From Abditibacteriaceae bacterium (lineage in GTDB: Bacteria; Armatimonadota; Abditibacteriia; Abditibacteriales; Abditibacteriaceae), in contig JANMKN010000035.1 of NCBI GenBank assembly GCA_031372065.1, positions 1-27,279 on the forward strand: a DNA stretch of 27,279 bases. The letters run 5' to 3'. Below are positions 8,474 to 17,469 of this stretch, piece after piece (positions within the stretch are counted from its first letter, which is position 1; the number at the start of each line of letters is the position of its first letter). The notes beneath the pieces were generated by a model. That model was given only the letters and a program-made list of their open reading frames with translations, had not been told where the DNA came from and did not search any database. The translations under genes were made by a program, and so were the position numbers.

Positions 8474-10353
8474 AACGCTTGATTTTTTCTCTCGCCTTTT
8501 TGTTGAACCTCGCATTTTGCGCCACCGCACAAAATGAACATACCGCAATGCCAACAATTCCGAGCAACGCGCAATGGCAAAAACTGCCGCCACATCCGCG
8601 CCTTTTTGCGAACGCGGCGCGTTTTGCAACGCTGAAAACGCAAAACGACGCGGTTTCGCAGCAGATTTTGGCGCTGTTGCGGCGCGAGGGCGAGCAAAAA
8701 TTAGTCGCGCCAAAAATCGTTTATCCAGCGACGGGCTTCAAATTCAGCGCGGTGCGCGAAGTGCAAGGCCGCGTTTTCACTTTAGCCATGCTTTATCGCG
8801 TGACGGGCGAAAAACGCTACTTCGAGCGGGCACGGCAAGAGCTTTTACAACTCGCGGCGCTGCCCGATTGGTGTCCGAGCCATTTTCTTGACGTCGGTGA
8901 AGCCTCATTAGCCGCCGCTGTGGGTTTGGATTGGTTTTACGACGACCTGACAGCACTGGAACGTGACCAAATCGCGCAAAGCATCGTGAAAAACGCGCTT
9001 TTGCCGTCGCTCGAAGTGCAAGAAGGCACCGGAAGTTGGGTGGATGGCGATTTCAATTGGAACCAAGTGAGTCACGGCGGATTAGTCGCTGGGGCGTTAG
9101 CCGTCGCCGAACGAGAACCAGAATTAGCGCGCAAAATTGTGGAGCGTGCGCTCAAAAATTTGCCCAAAGCGGCAGCGGTTTACGCGCCCGATGGTTCGTA
9201 TCCCGAAGGGCCAAGTTATTGGTCTTATGGCACGATGTTTCACGTCCTGCTCATCGAAGCATTGCGTAGCGCCTTTGGCACTTCGTGCGACTTGGAAAAA
9301 GCGTCCGGATTCCTCCAAACCGCCGAATTCAAGCTGCAAATGGTCGCACCGAGCGGCGGCGATTACAACTTTTCGGATTACCACGCGGAAAACCTCAACG
9401 AGCCGGTCATGTTATGGTTTGCGCGCGAGCAGTATCGCCGAGAATTGGCTGAGGCCGAATTGGAAAACCTTGCGCAAATGCACGCCGCGCTGAGCGCAAA
9501 GACGCCGCAAAAAACGCGCAATGCCAGTCGCCATCTGGCGTTGGAACTGCTTTGGTGCGCCGACACTTTGCCGCAGAAAAACCAAGTTTTGCCACTGCAT
9601 TGGACGGCGGGCGGCGCTTTGCCGCTGGCAGTTTTGCGCTCGGCGTGGAACGATTCTCGCGCGACTTTTGTGGCAATCAAAGGCGGCACGCCGCATCAAT
9701 CGCACGGCCACATGGACGCGGGCAGTTTCATTCTCGAAGCCGACGGCGTGCGTTGGGCACTGGATTTGGGCACCGAAAATTACAACAAAATGCGCGAGGC
9801 GAAGCTGAATTTGTGGAGCTACGCGCAAGACAGCACCCGCTGGACGACCTTTCGCATCGGCCCCGAAGCGCACAACATTGTGCGCTTCAACGGCGCCTTG
9901 CAAGAAGTAAACGGCAAAGCCGAAATCCGCGCCTTGCCAACCGAAAATGGCATCGCGGGCAACGTTGTCGAATTATCGCCACTCTATAAAAGCCAAGTCG
10001 AAAAAGTGTCGCGCCGCGTGAAATTGCATCCCAACCGCAGCGTTTCCATCGAAGATGAGTGGACAACCAGCGAAAAGGCCGTGGATTATGCGTTTCAATG
10101 GCTCACGACGGCAAAAATCACGCACACGCCACGCGGTTTGAGGCTCGAACAGGCTAAAAAAAGTTTGGACTTGCAAATCGAAGCGACGGCGGCTTTCAAA
10201 ATCAAACTTGAAGACGTTTCGACATCGAAAAACGTGCAGGATTCGCCTAATCCCGGCCTGAAACGCATCATAATTAAAATGCAATCCGCCGCGCACAGCA
10301 CGACAATTTTGAAGGTCAAAGCCGTTCCGGGCGATGCCGTTGGCTTGAATTGA
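8470..10353 (+). CDS. Secreted heparinase II/III-like polysaccharide lyase (PL35-like)
   Basis: Signal peptide, PHPRL, PSHFLDVGE, NWNQV, DGSYPEGPSYWSYG, HGHMDAGSF, AHN. The TTG start overlaps the upstream stop (TTGA). The subfamily is from recall and is less certain than the fold. Confidence 0.8.
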   Translation: MKRLIFSLAFLLNLAFCATAQNEHTAMPTIPSNAQWQKLPPHPRLFANAARFATLKTQNDAVSQQILALLRREGEQKLVAPKIVYPATGFKFSAVREVQGRVFTLAMLYRVTGEKRYFERARQELLQLAALPDWCPSHFLDVGEASLAAAVGLDWFYDDLTALERDQIAQSIVKNALLPSLEVQEGTGSWVDGDFNWNQVSHGGLVAGALAVAEREPELARKIVERALKNLPKAAAVYAPDGSYPEGPSYWSYGTMFHVLLIEALRSAFGTSCDLEKASGFLQTAEFKLQMVAPSGGDYNFSDYHAENLNEPVMLWFAREQYRRELAEAELENLAQMHAALSAKTPQKTRNASRHLALELLWCADTLPQKNQVLPLHWTAGGALPLAVLRSAWNDSRATFVAIKGGTPHQSHGHMDAGSFILEADGVRWALDLGTENYNKMREAKLNLWSYAQDSTRWTTFRIGPEAHNIVRFNGALQEVNGKAEIRALPTENGIAGNVVELSPLYKSQVEKVSRRVKLHPNRSVSIEDEWTTSEKAVDYAFQWLTTAKITHTPRGLRLEQAKKSLDLQIEATAAFKIKLEDVSTSKNVQDSPNPGLKRIIIKMQSAAHSTTILKVKAVPGDAVGLN

Positions 10354-10395
10354 TTTCTGGGAGATTTCTAAGCAGGACACTGCTCCAAATACATT

Positions 10396-12312
10396 ATGAA
10401 AAACCTTTTTCAACTTCTTTTGCTGGTAATATTTGGCCTTGTTGCGGCGCCGCTTCGGGCTGCTGCGCCGCCGTCTACGCTGCTCGCGCAAAACGGCACA
10501 TCGGTTTTAGTCGCCGATTGGCGCGCTGCTGCTTTAGCCGGTTGGAAAACGCCGCCGACCTTTGGCCGCATCGAAGGCAGCGCCGATGGCGCGAAACTCA
10601 TCACGACGGCGCAGCCGGAGCGCGTTTATAACTTGCAAATCGCGCTGCGCAACCAGATTGCGCTCGCCAAAGGCGACACGCTTTTGATTCGCTTCGCGGC
10701 GCGTTCGCTTCAGCCCGCTAAAATTTCTGGCGTCACCAAATTGGGTGTCGGTTTCGGCAAAGCCTCGCCCGATTGGGATCGTTCTTACGGCGGAGAAATC
10801 AGTCTCGCGGCGGATTGGATGCGCTATGACATTCCTTTCACCTGCCAAAACGATTTCGCGGCGAGCGAAGCGCAAATGACTTTTACTTTCGGATTTCCGG
10901 CGCAGCAAGCCGAAATCGCCGACGTGCAATTGCTGCGTTTTGGCGCCGAAATCAAGCCCGAATCGCTGCCCAAAACCAAACGCTACGCCGATAAATTTGC
11001 GCCCGAAGTCGTCGCGCGCGAGTTGCAGCGCGTCGCGGCCATGAAACGCGAACTCGACGCCGTAAAAGACCCCGCGCCCGCCAACGGCCACATTCTTTAC
11101 ATCGCCCAAAACGGCGCAGCGACTGGCAACGGTTCGAAAGAAGCGCCGTTTGCCACCATTCCGCAGGCCTTGGCCATCGTGCAACCGGGCGATACGATTC
11201 AAGTCGGCGCGGGCGAATATCGTGAGCCGCGCGGCATTTCCATCAAAAAACCGGGCCGTCCCGATGCGTGGATTCACCTGCAAGCGGCGACGGGCGCGCG
11301 ACCTAAAATCGTCACGTCGTTTTGGAGCGGCATCGAATTGCGCGGCGGCATTGGCTACGTCGAAATCAAAGGCTTTGAACTGGAATGGGTGCCGGATGCC
11401 GAACTCACAAAAGCAAGTCCGAATGCCATTCATGGCTCCGGCATCGCGCCGATGTATGCCACGCATCACGTTCGCATTCTCAACAACGTGATTCACGGTT
11501 ACGGCACCGGCGGCATTTCCGCGCTTGACTGCGATTATCTGCACGTCGAAGGCAACGTCATTTACAACACCGCCAAAACTTCGCCGTATGGCGGCAGCGC
11601 GATTTCGCTATGTCGCGCGTTCAACTTCGATGAAAATCCCGGTTATCACAACGTCATCAGAGGCAACGTGTGCTACGACAATGAACTCAAGGTTTCCACG
11701 AACTTAAACTCAGGCGGCAACGGCAAAGCATTGACCGACGGCAACGGCATCATCATTGATTCTTTTCAAGTCAGCCGTGCCAATCCATTGAGACCGCACG
11801 ACGCAGACCGCGACGGGCCTTTGCTGGCCTATCGCCATCGCACGCTGCTCGAAAACAATCTGGTTTACGACAACGGCGGGCGCGGCCTGCACGTTTTCCG
11901 CTCCGACAAAGTGGACATCATCAACAACACCACTTACATGAACCAAAAAACGCCCGAAATTAGCGCCGGAGAAATCACCTTTATTCAATCGGTGGACGGC
12001 GTTATCGCCAACAACGTGTGCTATGCGCGGCCCGGCAAGCGCGCCAACACGCAAGACGGCAGTTCGCTGGTGATTTGGATCAATAATCTGTTTTTCAACA
12101 GCGACGACCTGCTAATTCACGACGGCCTGATTCAAGCCGACCCGCAATTCGTCGGCGCCGCATTGGACGCCAAACCCGACGCTTTTCGCCTCAAACCTGG
12201 CAGCCCGGCGCTGAAAAAAGGCCTGATTCCCATCGCGCCACGCACCGACCTAAGCGGCGCGCCGCGTCCTGCCAACGGCCCGATTGATTTGGGCGCGTTT
12301 CAAACGCCGTAA
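10396..12312 (+). CDS. Secreted beta-helix protein with an N-terminal CBM4/9-like domain; paralog of 7010..8473
   Basis: Signal peptide, then a roughly 170-aa jelly-roll-like region (KGDTLLIRFAAR..WMRYDIPF..FTFGFPAQQAEIADVQL). The beta-helix shares YGGS, NPGYHNxIRxN, DGNGIIxDS and NGGxGxHVFxS with the 7010 protein. Confidence 0.78.
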   Translation: MKNLFQLLLLVIFGLVAAPLRAAAPPSTLLAQNGTSVLVADWRAAALAGWKTPPTFGRIEGSADGAKLITTAQPERVYNLQIALRNQIALAKGDTLLIRFAARSLQPAKISGVTKLGVGFGKASPDWDRSYGGEISLAADWMRYDIPFTCQNDFAASEAQMTFTFGFPAQQAEIADVQLLRFGAEIKPESLPKTKRYADKFAPEVVARELQRVAAMKRELDAVKDPAPANGHILYIAQNGAATGNGSKEAPFATIPQALAIVQPGDTIQVGAGEYREPRGISIKKPGRPDAWIHLQAATGARPKIVTSFWSGIELRGGIGYVEIKGFELEWVPDAELTKASPNAIHGSGIAPMYATHHVRILNNVIHGYGTGGISALDCDYLHVEGNVIYNTAKTSPYGGSAISLCRAFNFDENPGYHNVIRGNVCYDNELKVSTNLNSGGNGKALTDGNGIIIDSFQVSRANPLRPHDADRDGPLLAYRHRTLLENNLVYDNGGRGLHVFRSDKVDIINNTTYMNQKTPEISAGEITFIQSVDGVIANNVCYARPGKRANTQDGSSLVIWINNLFFNSDDLLIHDGLIQADPQFVGAALDAKPDAFRLKPGSPALKKGLIPIAPRTDLSGAPRPANGPIDLGAFQTP

Positions 12313-12413
12313 AGCAACCCAAAACGACGAGGGGAATCGCCAAAACACTTCTTCCTTTTGGCGAAACGACGAGAAAAGCAGATTCAACCAAAAGCATCGT
12401 TTGAAAGATTTTC

Positions 12414-13232
12414 ATGTATTACCAACCCACACCCGAACAAATTGAAAGTTACCGCGAACAGGGATTTCTTGTCGTAGAAAATTTTCTGTCGCCCGACGAA
12501 CTCGAACACTGGCGCGAAGTTACGATGGACGCGGTAGCGCAGCGTTTGTCAACTGCTTCCGGCAACCTCTGGCCTTTGTCGAATCAGAATAGTCCCGACG
12601 AATTCTACGCGCAGGTTTTCACACAATGTCTGCGTTTGGCCGATACGCATGACGGAATGCGTGAACTGATGTGCGATGCGCGTTTGGGTGAACTCGTCGG
12701 CACGTTGGCCGAAGTGGACGGCATTCGCATCTGGCACGATCAGGCGCTGTTCAAGCCGCCATTTGGCAACGCGACCTCGTGGCACATTGACAACCCCTAC
12801 TGGAGCTTTTTCTCCAAAAATGCAGTGTCCATTTGGGTCGCGCTCGACGACGCTACGCTCGAAAATGGGTGCTTATATTATCTGCCCGGCACCCACAAAA
12901 CCGCGCGCTATGACAACGTCGGCATCGGTCAAAATCAGCGCGATTTATTTAAGCATTATCCCGAATGGACGCAAATTCCTTCGGTGGCGGCTCCGGCCAA
13001 AGCGGGCTGGGCAGTAGTTCACAATGGCCTCACCGCACACGGTGCGGGCGCCAACATGACCAACGGGCCGCGCCGCGCGATGGCCTGCGCTTATATGCCC
13101 GACGGCTCCACCTTCAACGGCCAAAAGAACATTATGCCGCCGAAACTCCGCGACTCTTACCAAGTCGGCGACGTGCTAAATTCCGATTGGAACCCGCTTA
13201 TTTGGTCGAAAAACGCGATAGCCGCCGTATAA
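12414..13232 (+). CDS. Phytanoyl-CoA dioxygenase (PhyH) family Fe(II)/2OG oxygenase
   Basis: YREQGFLVVENFLS, KPP, WHID (HxD), WVALDDATLENGCL..PGTH, distal His in TAHGAG, and the 2OG-binding Arg in PRRA. Confidence 0.9.
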   Translation: MYYQPTPEQIESYREQGFLVVENFLSPDELEHWREVTMDAVAQRLSTASGNLWPLSNQNSPDEFYAQVFTQCLRLADTHDGMRELMCDARLGELVGTLAEVDGIRIWHDQALFKPPFGNATSWHIDNPYWSFFSKNAVSIWVALDDATLENGCLYYLPGTHKTARYDNVGIGQNQRDLFKHYPEWTQIPSVAAPAKAGWAVVHNGLTAHGAGANMTNGPRRAMACAYMPDGSTFNGQKNIMPPKLRDSYQVGDVLNSDWNPLIWSKNAIAAV

Positions 13233-13339
13233 TTTTGCCGTTCGGAAAAGCGGCGCGCACGAAACCGCAGTCAAAGTGCATTCCGAGCCGTTTTTCATAC
13301 TTTTTCGGCATTTTAAGCAAAAAAACTTGGCTTTGTGGT

Positions 13340-14140
13340 TTAAAAACGGCGCAGCGAGCCGGGCGGCTGGCCGGTGAATTGTTTGAATTGGCGCGCGAAA
13401 AAATAAGCATCGGAGTAGCCGAGTTGACGAGCAATTTGGTCGAGTGTGAGATCGCTTTCCAGCAGCAATTGGCGGGCGCGTTCGATGCGCGTTTGAATGA
13501 CAAAACGCGCCGGTGACGTGCCAAAAGCGCGGCGAAAGCGGCGCGTAAATTGGGCGCGCGATAAATGCACGCGGCGCGCCATTTCGTCTAATATCCACTC
13601 GCGTTGCGGCTGGCGGCGAATTTCGGCGGCTAAGGCTTCTAAAACCGCGTCGGCGGGCGCGGTTTCGTGCAGCATTTCGTCGCGCAATTGCCACAAAAGC
13701 GCGACGAGCAGCGCCGCCGCCTGCTCTTGAGCCGCTTTATCGCCGCGCCGCCACAATCGTTCAGCGCGATGCGCCGATGCTACAAAGAAATTCATGTCGC
13801 GCACCAACAAAGGACGCGGAAAATCCACAGGCGGCAGCAAGAGGCCGTTTTCGTTCACAGGCTCGAAATGGCAGTAAAAGACTGTCAGGCGTTGCCGTTT
13901 ATCTTGCGTGGCGCACGGTTGGTCGCCGGGATTCCAAAGGAAGCAAACGCCCGGATAGACTTCGATTTTTCGCTCCTCAATCGTCACTTCGCCGCGTCCG
14001 GCCATGACAAACCAAAAATCGTGGTCGGGCAAAGGCACTGCGTTCCATTGCCAATCCTCGCCGCATTCGTAAACTTGTGGCGCGCAATTCAAACGCAGGC
14101 GCGGCGGCAAATCGAGTGGGTAATTGGAATGCGTTGTCAT
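13340..14140 (-). CDS. AraC-family transcriptional regulator (cupin sensor + double HTH)
   Basis: HDFWFVMAGRG cupin region, LDEMARRVHLSRAQFTRRFRRAFGTSP, and IARQLGYSDAYFFARQFKQFTGQPP. Start moved to ATG 14140 because 14257 would overlap the divergent gene. Confidence 0.92.
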   Translation of the reverse strand: MTTHSNYPLDLPPRLRLNCAPQVYECGEDWQWNAVPLPDHDFWFVMAGRGEVTIEERKIEVYPGVCFLWNPGDQPCATQDKRQRLTVFYCHFEPVNENGLLLPPVDFPRPLLVRDMNFFVASAHRAERLWRRGDKAAQEQAAALLVALLWQLRDEMLHETAPADAVLEALAAEIRRQPQREWILDEMARRVHLSRAQFTRRFRRAFGTSPARFVIQTRIERARQLLLESDLTLDQIARQLGYSDAYFFARQFKQFTGQPPGSLRRF

Positions 14141-14225
14141 GAGCCGATAATACAAGAATTTACGTCGCCCGTCCATTGGATAATGGCACGCTACGGGGCA
14201 AAATGAATGGCATGGAGAAAATCTC
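14141..14225. promoter_or_regulatory. Divergent araC/phyH promoter region
   Basis: On the + strand: TTGGAT(14176)-17-CAAAAT(14199) and GGAG 7 nt before ATG 14226. On the - strand: TATTAT 6 nt before the araC ATG. Confidence 0.45.
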
Positions 14226-15110
14226 ATGACAAATACCTTGCTAACACCCGTTGCCAACGGGCTTTTGCCCTGCCCGCTTCAGCTTTTGCCGCAGCAAATA
14301 GCGCAGTATCAGCGCGATGGTTTTATTGCGTTTGAGAATGTGCTGTCGCCCGCCGAAGTCGAAGCCGCCAAAGCGTCGCTGAATGCCGTCATTGAGGCGC
14401 TGCGTTTTCGGCATCGCACGACGCAAAACGCTTATGGCGAAGTGTGGGAAGCGCTGGATAACGCCAGCAAAGTGCAGTTTTTGCGTGGCTACGAGCCAAA
14501 CGGCCCGGACGACCCCGAATTACCGCAAAAAGTGCGGAAATTCCATGAATTCGTTGGCGTAGATGAGCATTTGACTTATTTGATGCACAAGCAGCCCAAA
14601 ATTCAAGGTGTTTTAGCTTCGCTGCTCGGCGCCAATCCGTTACCCACGCAAGATATGGCGTTGCTCAATCCGCCGTTTATCGGCTCCGGCAAGCCGTGGC
14701 ATCAGGACGACGCGTATTTCAACATCGTGCCGCTGGACGCGGTTTGCGGCGTGTGGATCGCGCTTGATGAAGCCGGAACCGACAACGGCTGTATGCACTT
14801 TTTGCGTGGCTGGCACCACAAAGGCGCGTTGCGTCATTTTCACGGCAGCGATTGCGAAATTGCGGCAGATCGCCTCATCGAAGACGAGCAAGTCGCGGTG
14901 CCTTTGCCGCCGGGCGGCGCGGTTTTCTTTTCGGGAATTTTGCCGCACCACACTTACCCGAATACTTCGCCGCTTTCGCGCCGCGCGCTACAATATCACT
15001 ATCGTTCCCAAGATTCGCGGCGCGCGACGGACGAAGAATACGACGCCATTTTCGCCGAAGCCGACGGCTCGCCCGCCAGTTGCGCAGCGGCGCGGCGGCG
15101 GGGATTTTAA
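14226..15110 (+). CDS. Second PhyH-family Fe(II)/2OG dioxygenase
   Basis: YQRDGFIAFENVLS, PWHQDDAYF (HxD), VWIALDEA..NGCM, PHHT (distal His), SRRAL. Confidence 0.9.
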   Translation: MTNTLLTPVANGLLPCPLQLLPQQIAQYQRDGFIAFENVLSPAEVEAAKASLNAVIEALRFRHRTTQNAYGEVWEALDNASKVQFLRGYEPNGPDDPELPQKVRKFHEFVGVDEHLTYLMHKQPKIQGVLASLLGANPLPTQDMALLNPPFIGSGKPWHQDDAYFNIVPLDAVCGVWIALDEAGTDNGCMHFLRGWHHKGALRHFHGSDCEIAADRLIEDEQVAVPLPPGGAVFFSGILPHHTYPNTSPLSRRALQYHYRSQDSRRATDEEYDAIFAEADGSPASCAAARRRGF

Positions 15111-15139
15111 AGCGCGCTTTTGGCGACTTCATTTTCGCT

Positions 15140-16741
15140 ATGCAGATTCAACCAACTGTGATTGCCGCGCCGTCGGGCATCGAATTGGATGCGCCACAGC
15201 CAACTGCCGCGCCTAACGCAAAATACTCCTTCGAGACGGGCCGTTTTCGCTTGATTCAAGTGGTTTTGCGCGACCAAAGCGACATTCGCGCCGAACTCGT
15301 CCAAGAAAATGAGTGGCTGCTTTTCACCTGCGAAGGCGAAGTTCAGTTGCAGGGCAACGTTTTCGTTTTAGAAGACATTATCGAAGGCAGCGGCACGGTT
15401 TTCGTTAAAATCGCGCCTTTGCCGCACGCTCGCGCCACCAAAAGCGCGTGGGATGTATGCTTCAAGGGCAGCGGCCATTTTGAACTGAACGAAAACGATG
15501 GCTACGAGTGGCGTGTTGTGCCCTATGGAGGCGCAAAGTGGGGACGCATCGCGGCTTTGCACGCTATGCAGCGTGAAATTCGGCCTTATAATCCGCGTCA
15601 GGACGGGCTTTTGCTGACCAACACTTGGGGCGACCGCAGCCGCGACGCGCATCTCAATACGCCATTTATGGAGCGCGAAATCGAAAGCGCCGCACGTTTG
15701 GGCGCCGATGTGGTGCAAATTGATGCGGGTTGGCATCAAGGCGTGGACGCTAACTCGGTCAAATCGAAGGGCGATGGTATTTGGGACGGATTTTGGGTTA
15801 GCGACCCCAATTTTTGGGAAGTTGACCTCGAACGCTTTCCTGAAGGTTTGCAGGCGCTTTTCGAACGGGCGCGGGCCAAAAATCTCCGCGTGGGTTTGTG
15901 GTTCGCGCCCGATTCCTCGAACGAAGCCGCCAACTGGGAGCGCGATGCCGATTTGCTGCTGCGCCATCACCGCGAATGGGGCGTGGATTTTTTCAAAATA
16001 GACGCGCTCAAAATCACCACGCCGCAAAGCGAAATCAACTTCAAAAAGCTCTTCACCAAAGTGAAAATCGAATCAAACGGCGCCGTAACTTTCGACCTTG
16101 ACATCACGGCGGAGCATCGTTTCGGCTATTTCGGCTTAATTGAACCCGGCCCGCTTTTTGTCGAGAATCGTTACACCGATTTTCATCGCTACTGGCCGCA
16201 TCACACACTGCGCATGGCGTGGCAACTGGCGCACTGGATTGACCCGCTGCGCCTGCGCCTCGAATGGCTCAACAACGCGCGCAACATCGAAAAATATGAA
16301 AGCGACCCGCTGGCGCCGTCGCTTTATCGTCCCGACGCCGTTTTTGCCACAGTGATGATGTGCGCGCCGCTCGGCTGGTTTGAAGTTCAAAATCTGCCCG
16401 AATCCTACTTTGAAGAAGCCACGCCGCTGATTTCGATGTGGAAAAACGAGCGCGAAGCGATGCAAAACGGCACCATTTTGCCGGTTGGCGAGGCGCCGGA
16501 CGGAATCGCGTGGACTGGCTTCGTTTCGATTGCCGCTGATCGCAAAAGCGGTTACGTTTTGCTGTTTCGCGAACTCAACGAAGCGCCGGATTTTCAATTA
16601 TCGATGCCGCTCATCGGCAAAACTGCCGGCACCGTCGAAGTTTTAGGCGGAAACGGCACCGCGAGGCTGCAAAACGGCGTTTTGACGGCCCAAATCCCCG
16701 AAAAACTGCGCTTTTTGTGGCTACGGTTTCACATTCAATAA
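15140..16741 (+). CDS. GH36/clan GH-D-like glycoside hydrolase (alpha-galactosidase-like), no signal peptide
   Basis: NTWG, VVQIDAGW, ERFPEGL, GLWFAP, WGVDFFKID (KxD nucleophile motif). Start placed at ATG 15140, just after the phyH stop. Confidence 0.78.
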   Translation: MQIQPTVIAAPSGIELDAPQPTAAPNAKYSFETGRFRLIQVVLRDQSDIRAELVQENEWLLFTCEGEVQLQGNVFVLEDIIEGSGTVFVKIAPLPHARATKSAWDVCFKGSGHFELNENDGYEWRVVPYGGAKWGRIAALHAMQREIRPYNPRQDGLLLTNTWGDRSRDAHLNTPFMEREIESAARLGADVVQIDAGWHQGVDANSVKSKGDGIWDGFWVSDPNFWEVDLERFPEGLQALFERARAKNLRVGLWFAPDSSNEAANWERDADLLLRHHREWGVDFFKIDALKITTPQSEINFKKLFTKVKIESNGAVTFDLDITAEHRFGYFGLIEPGPLFVENRYTDFHRYWPHHTLRMAWQLAHWIDPLRLRLEWLNNARNIEKYESDPLAPSLYRPDAVFATVMMCAPLGWFEVQNLPESYFEEATPLISMWKNEREAMQNGTILPVGEAPDGIAWTGFVSIAADRKSGYVLLFRELNEAPDFQLSMPLIGKTAGTVEVLGGNGTARLQNGVLTAQIPEKLRFLWLRFHIQ

Positions 16742-16770
16742 CCGCGCGAAGAATCCAAGTTTTTAGTGTC

Positions 16771-17427
16771 ATGCCCAATCATTCTCCGTTGAAACTCGCC
16801 GTCGTCACTGGCGGCCATCCGTTCGATGTCCCAGCCTTCGAACACGTCTTTCGCGCCATGAAAAGCGTGGATTTTTATGTGCAATCGCTCGACGATTTCA
16901 CGTGTTTTCCCAAAGCGGCGGCGCAATACGATGTGGTGCTGTTTTACACCATGCACTGTTTCAAACCCGGCGACGCCTTGCCGTGGTTTCAGAAAAACGT
17001 CTTTTCAACGTTAGAACAATTGGGCACGACTTCGCAAGGCATTGTGGTTTTGCATCACGCGCTTTTGGCGTTTCCCGACTGGCCACTGTGGCGCGAACTA
17101 ACGGGGCTTTATGACATTTCGTTCGGCTACGAAAACGGGCAAAGCGTGACCAGTTTTCCCAAGCCGCACGTCATTACCAAAGGCACCGACGCATGGACAA
17201 TGACCGATGAAATCTACACTATGTCCGACGCGAAACCCGCAGACGGCAACGAAATTTTGCTGACTACCGACCATCCGCGCAGCACCAAAGCACTCGGCTG
17301 GACACGCCAATTCCGTCAAAGCCGCGTTTTTTGCTATCAACCCGGCCACGACGCTCGCGCCTTTGAAAACGAAAACTACCGCCGCATTTTGGAACGCGGT
17401 ATTTTGTGGTCGGCGGGGCAAATCTAA
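16771..17427 (+). CDS. ThuA-like (class I glutamine-amidotransferase-like fold) protein
   Basis: VVTGGHPFD, YDVVLFY, GIVVLHHA, HVITKG..DEIY, GWTRQF..SRVFCYQPGHD..F..YRRILERGILWSAG. Confidence 0.82.
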   Translation: MPNHSPLKLAVVTGGHPFDVPAFEHVFRAMKSVDFYVQSLDDFTCFPKAAAQYDVVLFYTMHCFKPGDALPWFQKNVFSTLEQLGTTSQGIVVLHHALLAFPDWPLWRELTGLYDISFGYENGQSVTSFPKPHVITKGTDAWTMTDEIYTMSDAKPADGNEILLTTDHPRSTKALGWTRQFRQSRVFCYQPGHDARAFENENYRRILERGILWSAGQI

Positions 17428-17469
17428 GAACGTGATGGCTGAACATAAAAGCACAAGCGCATATCGTTT

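Noticed and set aside
7718..8713. 331-aa antisense ORF (also 10534..11544, 15368..16027, 21989..22657, 22814..23368, 23795..24529)
   Set aside because: These are shadow ORFs opposite well-supported genes in GC-rich sequence and have no recognisable motifs.
13233..13339. Terminator or regulator boxes between the convergent phyH and araC genes
   Set aside because: Only weak stems and roughly phased A/T tracts are present, nothing specific enough to call.
14852..15139. 96-aa N-terminal extension of the GH36-like ORF (possible overlap or frameshift fusion with phyH)
   Set aside because: It is Arg-rich off-frame translation of phyH, which has its own complete C-terminus and stop. An ATG at 15140 follows that stop.
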